Assembly (NCBI GenBank): GCA_015680685.1
Contig: MNCI01002118.1
Coordinates: 471,042-535,041 of the forward strand
DNA length: 64,000 nt
Direction of reading: 5' to 3'
Source: Gnetum montanum
Taxonomy: Eukaryota; Plantae; Gnetophyta
The position numbers and the translations under genes are program-made. The notes beneath the pieces were generated by a model that searched no databases, was not told the DNA's origin, and saw only the letters and a list, made by a program, of their open reading frames with translations. Each line of letters opens with the position of its first letter. Position 1 is the first letter of the stretch. Positions 52,363 through 62,790 of this stretch are shown in pieces.

Positions 52363-53811
52363 ATGGCAGGAGCGACCACGGCAGGAGCAACCATGGCAGG
52401 TGGCGGCCCAACAGAAGTCAATGCGGGTTTGGTGGATGCAACGGCTGCGTGCGCGGGGGGGCCGGGTGCGGCTGCGGCAGCTGCGGCGGGTGTGGTTGCA
52501 GCAGCTGCAGCGGATGCCGATGCAGCGACGTCCGCAACCGCAACCGGAGCAGCTGCAACCGAAGGGGGAGCATCTAGGACCATTGTGGCCTCCTCTCATA
52601 CAGAATGCACCCTACGCCTGCACATTCACCACCCCCCTGCCGAGGGCGTTCGCACAATGGAACGTAGCCTCATTGGTCGCTTCATCTCCCAGGGGAGCCG
52701 CCCTCGACTGGACCTGATTTGTCGCTGGACGAAGGAGCAATGGAAACTTGAGGACGTTGCTGTTCAAAGCCTCTCAGAGGACCTGCTCCTTTTTATCCTC
52801 CCCTCCCTACAGGACCGCGACTCCGTCCTTCTCGGCAGACCCTGGTTCTATGGGGCCTGGGGTCTCGCTTTGACCCCCTGGCGCCCAGGGGCCCACAGAG
52901 AGACCGACCTGTTCACCCGTGCCCCGGTATGGATCCGAGTGGCCAGCATCCCATGGGAGTTTTGGAACCTTGAGTTCCTAAAGGAGGTGGCGGGTCACTT
53001 TGGCGATTTCATCGCCTTCGATCAGGTTACGAGGTCAATGGAACGGATGGGCTTTGCCAGATTCTGCGTCTGGCGCAACCTGTCGGAGACCGACCTCGTT
53101 CGGGAGGTCGTGTTGGAACTCCCCGGGGGAGAGGAACCCCTCCAGGTTACCTTTGAAAACCTGGACCCTAGAGCTCCCAAGTTGCATGGCTCGCCCACCC
53201 GAGCGAACCGGTCGACCGGCTGCGGGTGTTGTGGCAAGCCCAGGCATCACGAGGCGGACTGTAGGTTTCGAAGATTGAGACCAGCTAACCCGGCTCGCCA
53301 GCTGTTCGAGGGGGGCAACTGGGTCACCATGGGCCGTAAGGGACGACTCCGCCCCCCATCTAACCAANNNNNNNNNNNNNNNNNNNNNNNNNNNNNNNNN
53401 NNNNNNNNNNNNNNNNNNNNNNNNNNNNNNNNNNNNNNNNNNNNNNNNNNNNNNNNNNNNNNNNNNNNNNNNNNNNNNNNNNNNNNNNNNNNNNNNNNNC
53501 CCACCACTCAACTACCAAACACTACCCACCCCAAACGCCCACAGGACCCACAGGAACCGGAACCAGAACTCCCCCCCTTGGGGGAATGGGTTAACATTGT
53601 CTGGGGAAGCACCTGCATCAAACAACGCAAAGCGCAGCAGTCCCCAACCGAGGAGGCCGGCTGTACCCCTGTGGTACGAGATGGGGAGGGACACCCCGGC
53701 CGATCGACCGAGCAACGGTCCCGAAGTAGACAGGCTCAATGGAACATTGATTTGGGCCAACAACAGACCTTACAGGAGGTCTACCAACGCCGCACATCTG
53801 GTTGTACATGA
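52363..53811 (+). CDS. L1 ORF1 (DUF4283 plus zinc knuckle; Ala-rich N-terminus; spans an N gap)
   Basis: SLIGRF...W...LLFIL...DRDSVLLGRPWFY...LTPW...APVWIRVASIPWEFW; CGCCGKPRHHEADC. Confidence 0.88.
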   Translation: MAGATTAGATMAGGGPTEVNAGLVDATAACAGGPGAAAAAAAGVVAAAAADADAATSATATGAAATEGGASRTIVASSHTECTLRLHIHHPPAEGVRTMERSLIGRFISQGSRPRLDLICRWTKEQWKLEDVAVQSLSEDLLLFILPSLQDRDSVLLGRPWFYGAWGLALTPWRPGAHRETDLFTRAPVWIRVASIPWEFWNLEFLKEVAGHFGDFIAFDQVTRSMERMGFARFCVWRNLSETDLVREVVLELPGGEEPLQVTFENLDPRAPKLHGSPTRANRSTGCGCCGKPRHHEADCRFRRLRPANPARQLFEGGNWVTMGRKGRLRPPSNQXXXXXXXXXXXXXXXXXXXXXXXXXXXXXXXXXXXXXXXXXXXXPTTQLPNTTHPKRPQDPQEPEPELPPLGEWVNIVWGSTCIKQRKAQQSPTEEAGCTPVVRDGEGHPGRSTEQRSRSRQAQWNIDLGQQQTLQEVYQRRTSGCT

Positions 53812-56800
53812 AGATTCTCAGCTAGAACTGCAGGGGTTAGGATACCCCCTATAAACGAAATACCCTGCGACGTATTGTCAGAGAGGAGAATTGCGATCTG
53901 GTTTGCCTACAAGAAATCAAACTGCAAGCGGACGAATCTGGCCACCTCCAGTGGGCGGGCTGGACCACCCACTTGCACCCCTGCCAGGGCAAAGCCGGCG
54001 GTCTTGCCGTCCTCGCACGGCCCACCACCACTCTGGTGGACGCCTCCCCTTGGGCCATTACAATCCACATCCTAGCCCACGAATTTTGGCTGACCAATTT
54101 CTATGGGGCGCAGGACTGGGAGTCACGGTTGCGTGAGCTGCACCGCGTGGCCCTGCTGGTGCCCAACCGCTGCTCCTGGTTGGTGGTTGGTGACTTCAAC
54201 CAACGTCTACACCCCTGGGAGAAGTCTGGGGGGGCTGCCCCCCACCTCCAGGTGCGCAGGATTTCATAGATTGCCTGAATAGATTTTCCCTGGTTGATCT
54301 ACCCATTACGAACTGCCGGTTCACTTGGAGCAACCAGCGAAAAGGGATGCACCGTATCCTCTCCCGCATTGACTGAGTCTGTGTCAGTTTTGACCTCCTT
54401 CTCAATTCCGCCATCACCGTGACGGGACAAGAACGGGCCGCCTCTGATCACCGTTCGCTGGTCGTCTCCATCGGCCCGCCTAAACCCCGGGCCCCACGCC
54501 CCTTTCGGTTCGAGACTGCCTGGTTCTCCAAACCGTGGCTGCGCCCCCTGGTGGAGGACATCTGGGCTGATTACCAGCCTAATCGGATGGACCCTCGGAG
54601 CTTCCTCAAAGATGCTCTCCTTCAACTCAAATGGGCCATCTGGGCCTCCCAGTGGGGGAGAAATTCTCCTTTCGGGCTAGCCACAAGTGTTCGGGAGCAA
54701 CTCAGCCACGTCCAGGCACAACAAGAGCAGGGAGCAAACCTGTACTCGAAGGAGATGCATCTTCTTCGTCAACTCCAGAATCTTGACCAAGAGGAGGAAA
54801 TGTATTGGCGGCAGCGATCTCGGGTCAGATGGCTCCGTGACGGAGACAGACAAACAAAATTCTTTTTTGCCATGGCCAAAACACGTGGCGAAACTCAGAT
54901 CCGTGGCCTCCACACCCAGACCGAGGAGCTGGTCGATGACCCGCAAGGGATCGCCAATGAGCTCTCACACTACTGGGGGGAAGTTTGGACCAAGCAACCT
55001 ACTCAACCCATCTCAATCCATGTGGAGAAGGTGATCAATGCTGCAGACAATCGACGTCTACTGGCCCCCTTCTCTTGGCCAGAATTGACTAACACCATCA
55101 ACAACATGCCGAGAGGCAAAGCGCCTGGGCCGGATGGCTGGTCGCTGGAATTCTTCAAAGTTTTCTTGGACATTGTGGGGCCCAACCTTCTGGATGCTTT
55201 CAACATCATGCTGGCCAGACGACAAGTGCGGCGCAAACTCAACTGCTCTCGAATCGTTTGCATTCCAAAACAGTTGGACGCCCGCCGCCCGAAACACTTT
55301 CGTCCCATTGGAGTTTGCAATGTCCTCATTAGAATATTCTCCAAACTCCTGGTCAACCGCCTGGGACCCCTCTTACCCAAGTTGGTCGGAAGCAATCAGG
55401 CTGGTTTCGTTCAAGGTAGGGCCCTCCAAGATTAGGTTCTTCTCATGCAAGAGGTCCTCCATTCCCTTCGTACCACAGGCTTTCCTGGTATGTGTCTCAA
55501 GCTGGACATAGCCAAGGCATACGACACGCTTAGTTGGGATGCCCTACAAGACATCATGCATAAAAAAGGTTTTGATCGTGGTTTTATCCAATTATGTATG
55601 CATATCCAATCCTCTGCGGGTTTCTCTTCGCCTAGTAGGGGTCTGCGACAAGGCGACCCACTCTCTCCCTTGCTTTTCATCATTGCCATGGATCTCATGC
55701 AATATTATTGCAGCACATCAGGCGTGGAGGGCTTGGATATTGTTGGGGTGGCATGCCGTGTTGAACACTATGCTGACGACACCATGTTACTTAGTCGAGC
55801 AGTGGCCCCATAGGCAAGATGTATCAACATGGCCTTAACCAGACTGGCTGCTAAATTAGGCTTGGAAATCAACAGAACAAAATCAGCGGCGTATTTCAGC
55901 AATGTTGATCCACAGGTAAAGAATAGGGTGACACAAATCCTGAACATCCAATCGGGAACTGTCACCAATACCTACCTTGGTGTCCCACTGTTCCAATGGG
56001 GGCAAACCAATGCATGGACTCCCCTCCTGACCAAGCTCGAAAAGCGGATGAACCATTGGGCCAACCGCTTTCTTACACGGAAGAGCCGCCTCCTAGTGGC
56101 AACAGGGATCCTCATGGCCATCACACGGTTTGTGGCGGCGGTCGCCGCCCCCCCCCCCCTCCTCGCCGCCACTGTTACTTAGTCGAGCAGTGGCCCCACA
56201 GGCAAGATGTATCAACATGGCCTTAACCAAACTGGCTGCTAAATTAGGCTTGGAAATCAACAGAACAAAATCAACGGCGTATTTCAGCAATGTTGATCTA
56301 CAGGTAAAGAACAGGGCGACACAAATCCTGAACATCCAATCGAGAACTGTCACCGATACCTACCTTGGTGTCCCGCTGTTCCAATGGGGGAGGACCAATG
56401 CATGGACTCCCCTCCTGACCAAGCTCGAAAAGCGGATGAACCATTGGGCCAACCGCTTTCTTACACAGAAGAGCCGCCTCCTAGTGGCAACAGGGATCCT
56501 CATGGCCATCACACGGTTTGTGGCGGCGGTCGCCGCCCCCCCCCCCGCGGCCATCTTTCAACAGATCAACGCCATGATACGAAGTTTCATTTGGCGGAGG
56601 GGCAAAGGGGGAAGCAAGCTTCATTTGGTCAACTGGCAGCACACTGCCCGCCCTCGTAAAGCGGGGGGGCTGGGGGTCACATCCTTCGAGGACGAAAGCA
56701 TGATGGGCCAGCAACGGCTCGTTCACAGGCTGACACGCATGCACGGGGAGCTCAGCCCCTGGGCCCGCATCATTCAACGAAAATACACACCCTGGCAAAT

Positions 56801-57256
56801 CGGCCCGCGCCCCTCGCAACCCTGGCAGACAATTTGCCGACATGAATAGGAAATGATGCACTTGGGCTGGACCCACCTCGAGCCGCGCACCCTGCTGACA
56901 CAAAAATACCCACTGGAGGATGGTTGGCAGGAGATCTGGCGCGGGCAGCTCCCTGAAAAAATCAAACTGTTCCTCTGGCTCATTAAGTCCACCGCGCTTC
57001 CCATACGCACCGTGCTACAGCAGCGCAGCATCATGCACGATGACATGTGCCCCCGATGTGAAAACGGCTCAGAAACCATCACGCACTTCATTCATGGGTG
57101 CCCTTGCATGCTTGCCATCTGGCGCACATCGACAGTGCCCCCCCCCCCCGCCCGAGATGGCTTAATGGTGACTCCTAGGCATCCCTGCTTTTATGGCACA
57201 CCTGGAAGGCGCGTAATCGCACGATTTTTCTGCAGGCCAGAACTCCCCCTCCCTAG
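53808..57256 (+). pseudogene. L1 ORF2 (endonuclease, RT, zf-RVT), disrupted by stops and frameshifts
   Basis: ATG overlaps the ORF1 stop (ATGA); MKILS*NCRG, WLVVGDFN, SDH, PFRFE, KAPGPDG, KLDIAKAYD, LRQGDPLSP, YADD, YLGVP, CPRC...ETITHFIHGC, WHTWKARN. Confidence 0.93.
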
Positions 57257-57304
57257 CAGATCATCACGCAGACCGGCAGGGCATGGAGAGAGATAACGGA
57301 CGCC

Positions 57305-57943
57305 ATGGGAACTACACCGACATTCGAGCCCGACTGCAGCAAGTACCGCGCCGACGAGGAGCTATGGCGGCTGGTTATCTGCTGCGGCTGGGCCGACCTG
57401 CTACAGCGGCTGGTCGGCGACCCTAACCTTGCTAACGCCCTATTTTTTACTAACTGGCAAACTGACAGTACCTACTTCCAAGGACGCGTGATTCGTCTCA
57501 CTGAATCTGCCATTGCCAGCTGTTTGGGGGTCCCAACCGCTGGTGAAATCGTCCTGCTGACCACCCGTGGCCTCCAGGACACCGTGGCCTTTTTCGAGGG
57601 ATCGGCCCCAAGAACGCAGAGCCGCCAGATCCCCCGATCTTCTCTCCCACGCCTCTGGGCCCGGGCCGCCGACTTGGTGGACCGCTTTTTCGTCCAATCA
57701 GGCAACGTGTCAAAGCTCCAGGGATTGCATTTCACTTTCCTACGATGCTTGAAATATGGTGTCCAGATTAACTTGCCGCGGTTTTTTCTTGAGACCCTCC
57801 TTAAGCAACGAGGTCGCCATTCGGGGCTGATTTTGGCGTTATGGAGGGGGGCGGGGGGGGGGGCACCAGGTCCGTCCTCTGCCCCCCTGGGGGGTGCATC
57901 GTTGCGACTCCCCCTAGGGGGAGCATCGTTGACGCCTCCCTGA
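57305..57943 (+). CDS. LINE-borne extra domain, Transposase_32/ATHILA-ORF1-like (ORF3 or ORF2 extension)
   Basis: GWADLLQRL...FFTNW...IRLTESAIASCLGVPTAGE...INLPRFFLETL...HSGLILAL follows the pattern of plant LTR-retrotransposon extra ORFs; lies inside the LINE TSD/poly(A). Confidence 0.6.
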   Translation: MGTTPTFEPDCSKYRADEELWRLVICCGWADLLQRLVGDPNLANALFFTNWQTDSTYFQGRVIRLTESAIASCLGVPTAGEIVLLTTRGLQDTVAFFEGSAPRTQSRQIPRSSLPRLWARAADLVDRFFVQSGNVSKLQGLHFTFLRCLKYGVQINLPRFFLETLLKQRGRHSGLILALWRGAGGGAPGPSSAPLGGASLRLPLGGASLTPP

Positions 57944-58067
57944 CATCCCCGCTCCCCTCGGCCCGGCCACTCAACCGCCACAGACGGTTCTCGGCCTCAC
58001 CTGGGGGCGCCGATCCCATCGCAACTTGCCCCCCAAGCCCGACCCTCACACCGCCCCCCCAAACTAG

Positions 58068-58697
58068 GCGGCGAACTTACATCAGGCCGAGCAGGCAGCG
58101 GCTGCTACTGCTCGGGAGGCTGAACGGCGGGAGTGGGAGGCAAAGTGGACCGAGGCCCTGGCAAAGTCTCAGGCCGAACACGAGGCCCAGCTCCGCGAAC
58201 GAGAACAAGAGCTGACTCGACAACACGCGATCATGATGGAGGCCTCTCGTGCCCAACTCATTGATGAACTCCGGGACCAAATCAGAGAGGAGCTGCGCCA
58301 GGAGGAGGCGGCCCGTCAAGCCTAAGAGGCGGCGGCCCGGGAAGAGCAGAAACGCCTACAGGAAGAAGAAGAGCAACGGCAAAGGCAACTTGACCGAGCG
58401 CACGAGCACAGTGCCCGACAATGGCTTAGGGGGGGGCGCTGCCCATATAGCCTTTTGGGCATTAGTTGTGAGAGCTCCTGGGGAGAACTCCAACGACACA
58501 TCAGACGCACATCAGCAAAATACCATCTGGATGCGGGCGACTCATCGGCTGACCGGAGCAGGAGAGAGGCTGCTATGCAAAGCATCCAACAAGCGGCGAA
58601 CTTCATGGACACCGAAGAGCACCGCAACACCCTGGACTTGCTGCATGAGCTTGAGCGGCCTCAGTGTGCCTGTCGCCATCTGCCCACTCACCCCTAA
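58068..58697 (+). pseudogene. LINE-borne coiled coil plus DnaJ-like (J) domain (one internal TAA at 58323)
   Basis: E/R/Q/A-rich helix, then CPYSLLGISCESSWGELQRHIRRTSAKYHLDAG...RREAAMQSIQQAANFMDTEEHRNTLD, which aligns by eye to the J-domain consensus. Confidence 0.7.
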
Positions 58698-58942
58698 GAC
58701 CCCTCATACCACCCGCTGGGGGGGGGGCCCCCCCCCCCCCTGTTTTTGAGTTATGAGGTTTTGAAATCTGAGCCTTTCATGCTTTGAATTCTACGATTAT
58801 GAGGGGTGCCGAGGTTTCCACCTCCTACCCTTCCCAATGGGCCATCCCTGATATCCCATTGTTTTGTATACTTGTGTACCATACTTCATAGTAATACAAA
58901 CCCGAACATTCTCTCAAAAAAAAAAAAAACAATAGCTTATCT

Positions 58943-59880
58943 TTGAATCTAAGCTTTGAAGATAAGTCTACAATGAATTCTGTAACTAATGCAACAAACA
59001 CACCATGTAAACCTATTTGGAGGATTTGCTCTTGTTGTTCTTATGTAGCACTTTCCCACCAATGTCGAATTTTTTCGACTGCCCTTGTGAAGGCACCGAT
59101 GATTGTTGTCCTTTCATCGATGTTAAGAATGTTCATGGCTATTCTTAACTGATCAATCCACAATCTAAGATCATGAAGTACCTCTTTAGGTGGCAGGTAA
59201 TCGATGTCGATTATAGGGATTGTTGACGCCGACCATTGCTGAAACGCTGAAAAGGCTGGAGGCAGATTGACTACTGGTCATTGCCAGGGTCTGGTAGGTT
59301 GTCTTCGTGCCATCATAATCCTCTGTTGGCATTCTTTTGATATCCTTGGTTCTAACTTCACTTCTTCTTCGGTTGAAGGAGGCGTTGTAGGCGAAGGCTG
59401 AGATGTAGAAGGTTTCTTTCCCTTCTTTTCTTCCATTAGCTTTTTAATCTTTTCTAACAGAACTTTATCTCTGGCATCTGCAACTGTTTCTTTTGTAGGT
59501 TGTGTGGGAGGTGTTTCCTTAGCTAGTTGAATGGGTAGCTTCATTTGATTTTCCAAAGTAAAAATTTCATGAAATTTGAGTACCTTCTCGCTCGCTTGCT
59601 GACGTTTTTGACTTTGAGCCTCAAATCTTTCTTTCTGAATAGCATCAAATGCTTTGAGATGGTCTGTCATTTCTTTTGACAGCTGACTGCATTGATCTCC
59701 AACTTTATCAACTCCACCTTCAATTGTATCCAATTGATCTTCAATTTTGTTGATGTGTCGAGATGCATAGCTTGTCCAATGAACCAAGTAGTTCAATTAA
59801 CGAATCTCAGACTACTGATCTGTGGTACTATTCAGAGAATGTTCGAGTAAATAACTACAATCTGCTCGTGTCTGAGGAGG
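58943..59880 (-). pseudogene. Viral polyprotein linker and capsid N-terminal part
   Basis: Coiled coil INKIEDQLDTIEGG, then IIDIDYLPPKEVLHDLRLW...KIRHWWES, continuing in frame across the LINE. Confidence 0.8.
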
Positions 59881-59886
59881 GTCTGT

Positions 59887-61128
59887 CTACGAGGCAGTTG
59901 TAGCATAAGCGGCTTGAGGAAGCCATCTTCCACCACTAAGTAACCTTCGATCTCCATATTGCCTGTAACTTGTGGGAGTAAACATATTTAACCTATGTTG
60001 AAACATGAACATAGTACCTCTAGTATCAAAATTTGGTGATGTTGATCCTTCAGCTTGTTTGGATGAACTTGGTTTCTCTGACAGCTTACGTGGAGGTAGA
60101 ACTAATGGAATTGCTTCAAGAGTGATTACTGCAGATCTTCCAAATTGTTGAACTAGATATTGACTCCATCTGAATTTGGGTTTCTCATAAGTTTTGAACT
60201 CATGATCTTGCATAAGAGTCTGAATCTTCGAAAAAGACTGCACATAACCTAAAGCTTGAATACTTTTACCACACTTGATAAGATGCTGACTTCCCTTAGG
60301 AAACTGAACTCCCCATTTCAGTTTATGATTCATTAGAATTGTATTAGACAACTGAAATGTACCTCTAGCGGCAACTACAGCATACACTGAACCAGGTAAC
60401 AATTCAACTTCTTGAACTTCAATGCAAAGCAATAATGCACTTGTGATGAAATCATCAGCTAATGCTAACTAAAAATTTGGTTGAACTATGCACAATGCAT
60501 CTGTATCTAATCTACCTTGAAACTGACAGATCTTGGCCTTCTCCCAAGCAACTTCAGGATCACAACTTGTTCCATCTCCAATAACTCTACTATCTAACAA
60601 AGTAACAACATACTCTGCACCGATATCATAATTAAACTTTGGGCTAACCATGATATCAATTTGACCTAAGTGTACATAATTATGACCTTGCTTTTTCCAC
60701 CTTTCAATTTCTCCTTCTATAAACATTGGCAAGAAAACAGGACGAATGCCTTTACCTTTAATATCCAGGAGAGTTTTTGTCTGTTTGATGGATGTAGACA
60801 ATCTTGCAGAAAATGTGTTGGCAAAATTGTAAATGGCGTCTTTCGGGATATCTGGAAATTTGATATCTTTGTGCTCAAAGGACAGGAATGACTTGTGCTT
60901 TTTCATTGCTTCAGCAAATGGAAGGATTTCCTTTTGAGCTTCAGATATTTCTCCAGATTCTAGCTCAGCTTCAGTTAACTGCATACTGTTCAATCTAAAC
61001 ATATGCAACCAATGTTGTATGTCGCCATCTTCTTCATAATAATCCATCATTTCTGCATCCTCACCACCATCATAATAAACTTCTATTTCCATATCTCGCT
61101 GGTCTTCAATTTGTTGTTGAACCACCAT
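59887..61128 (-). pseudogene. Caulimovirid movement protein, main copy (premature TAG at 60469)
   Basis: Same MP motifs as the inverted copy; the stop corresponds to CAG in that copy. Confidence 0.88.
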
Positions 61129-61137
61129 ATTAAAAAG

Positions 61138-61974
61138 CTATAGTCTGAATCTTCTATCTTCCTCTTGCTGGATCCGTGCTTCTGTTTCTTCATCATAGAC
61201 CGGATTGGCTATTTCATCATAGATCCTTGTCGACCCTTCAGCAACTCTGTCTAGCAGAATTTGATCTTCTTCCTCAAACGGGCTAGTGTCTTGGTTTAGG
61301 TCAGGGATTACAAGAATAACACGAGAGGAGGTACTAGCTGTTTCAGGAGGGTACAGATAGCTAAAGCCACATTTGTCGATGGATTCGACTTGGGTAACAG
61401 GAAGGTTTTCTTCAGGTTCATCATCAAATAATTCGGAAATTTCAAAAATAACGCGAGTGGGATTGGATGTGGAAGGTAACAAAGGTTCATCAGGTTCTGG
61501 ACATAAACACAAAACAGAATTTGATCTAAATAAAGCAGATTTAGGGACTTCTCGGACCATTAGGTTCGGGGTAGACACATAACAAGTTCCCATAGACCAA
61601 TAATACTTTGAAATCAAAGAGATTCTTTCTTCTACTGGTTTGGATAAAACTTCCCAAAATAAAGCACCAAAACTGTTGGGGTGCATGTACCTGGAAGTTG
61701 AGTCGAAGAGGGTTTCTGGAATTGATGCAAGGTTGTCTGCCTGCATTTGTTCACCTTTCCATTCAGGAGTGTTCCACATATCTTCAGGAGCAAAATACCA
61801 TTGAGGCCACCTTTCTTGGCTGGTGATAAGACTATTATCAACTTTGTTCTCTAACAAGGCTCTGATACCATATTGGGGTGTGACTCCTCGAGCCACGGCA
61901 AGCACACGTAGTGCTCGTCTCAAGTTTACATGGAACCTAGCAGGGCCATCAAAACGCAGCATCGACAAATCCAT
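61138..61974 (-). CDS. Viral ORF1, unknown function, 278 aa, acidic C-terminus
   Basis: Intact ORF ending 9 nt before the MP ATG; 3' part conserved in the inverted copy; contains the PBS. Confidence 0.7.
   Translation of the reverse strand: MDLSMLRFDGPARFHVNLRRALRVLAVARGVTPQYGIRALLENKVDNSLITSQERWPQWYFAPEDMWNTPEWKGEQMQADNLASIPETLFDSTSRYMHPNSFGALFWEVLSKPVEERISLISKYYWSMGTCYVSTPNLMVREVPKSALFRSNSVLCLCPEPDEPLLPSTSNPTRVIFEISELFDDEPEENLPVTQVESIDKCGFSYLYPPETASTSSRVILVIPDLNQDTSPFEEEDQILLDRVAEGSTRIYDEIANPVYDEETEARIQQEEDRRFRL
61859..61870 (-). other. tRNA-Met primer binding site of the caulimovirid
   Basis: TGGTATCAGAGC on the minus strand. Confidence 0.88.
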
Positions 61975-62409
61975 GACGCAACGACAAAGCTCAACGTCAA
62001 CCCACGTGCTCTTCTCTCTCGACGCTTCTCAGGACAGAGCTATCGGACTACTTTCCCAGCCGAACTTCTAATCGTTCTTTAGCGGCAATACTGATTCGGA
62101 CAGCATCTGATTAGGGTATACCTAATCAAGAGACAATTGGCTGCAACGCCAACACTTCTCAGAAAACACAACGCAAGCGGATTTCAGAGTGCTAAAGCAA
62201 CGAGCTTTTCATAGACTATCAAAGCGATACCAATGAAGATGCACAAAATGGAGATTGCAAAGCCAAGATAAGGAAGCACTTCTTGAATTACTAGCAGAGA
62301 CATTACAAGCAGACTTCACACTTCTATCACACTTCTATTGCAGACCTTCACACTCACATACTCATTACTATCATCCCATTCTACCATTTTCCCATACTGA
62401 CTACAAACT

Positions 62410-62545
62410 CAGGCCTCTTATTTATAGCTTCTAAGGCCGGGGTTGGCGTACAAGCCACACGCCAATGACTCACACCAAGCTTATCTAGACACGTCACACT
62501 AGATAACTCTTACATGACTCACCATCCTTATCCTTTCAGATGGCT
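62410..62545 (-). promoter_or_regulatory. Putative viral pregenomic-RNA promoter
   Basis: CTATAAATAAG at ~62417-62427 (minus). Upstream are TGACGTG (62490-62496), TGA(C/G)TCA twice (62466, 62515) and GATAAG motifs, all in the non-coding gap before ORF1. Confidence 0.6.
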
Positions 62546-62790
62546 TTCAAGATGGCTTTATGAACCGCACAGATTTTAGCGCGCGATTTGTTACAATCAA
62601 GACATTCCTTAATCAACTTGGACAACTCAAATAAGACGTTAGTTGGCATTGACAACGACACTTCCTATGGTAGTTGTAACTTCTTTGGAACAAGATGCTC
62701 ATTCTCATACCAAGTTGTTTCTTCGAAGAGGTTGATCCATTGAAACGAACTACACAGCTTGGATTCCCATCTATCGTATTTCTAAAATAT
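62545..62790 (-). pseudogene. Probable C-terminus of the last viral coding region (circular permutation)
   Basis: YDRWESKLCSSFQWINLFEE...LP*EVSL...LIKECLDCNKSRAKICAVHKAILKAI*, ending just upstream of the promoter. Confidence 0.55.

Larger units (their letters stand above)
52358..58929 (+). mobile_element. Near full-length GC-rich L1 LINE inserted antisense into the viral capsid gene
   Basis: TSD aacaatagct(c/t)atct at 52343-52357 and 58928-58942; poly(A) at 58916-58929; ORF1 plus ORF2. Excision restores the CP frame RFKDKLLLSQRKLGDLCYF. Confidence 0.95.

Noticed and set aside
52204-58749. Many overlapping antisense and alternate-frame ORFs in the GC-rich region
   Set aside because: Shadow ORFs expected from high GC; only the + frames carry recognisable motifs.
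62585-62600. TGTAAC on the minus strand as a possible LTR start, making the virus an LTR retrotransposon
   Set aside because: It lies within a coding-like frame (DCNK); there is no second LTR and no integrase, and an MP is present.
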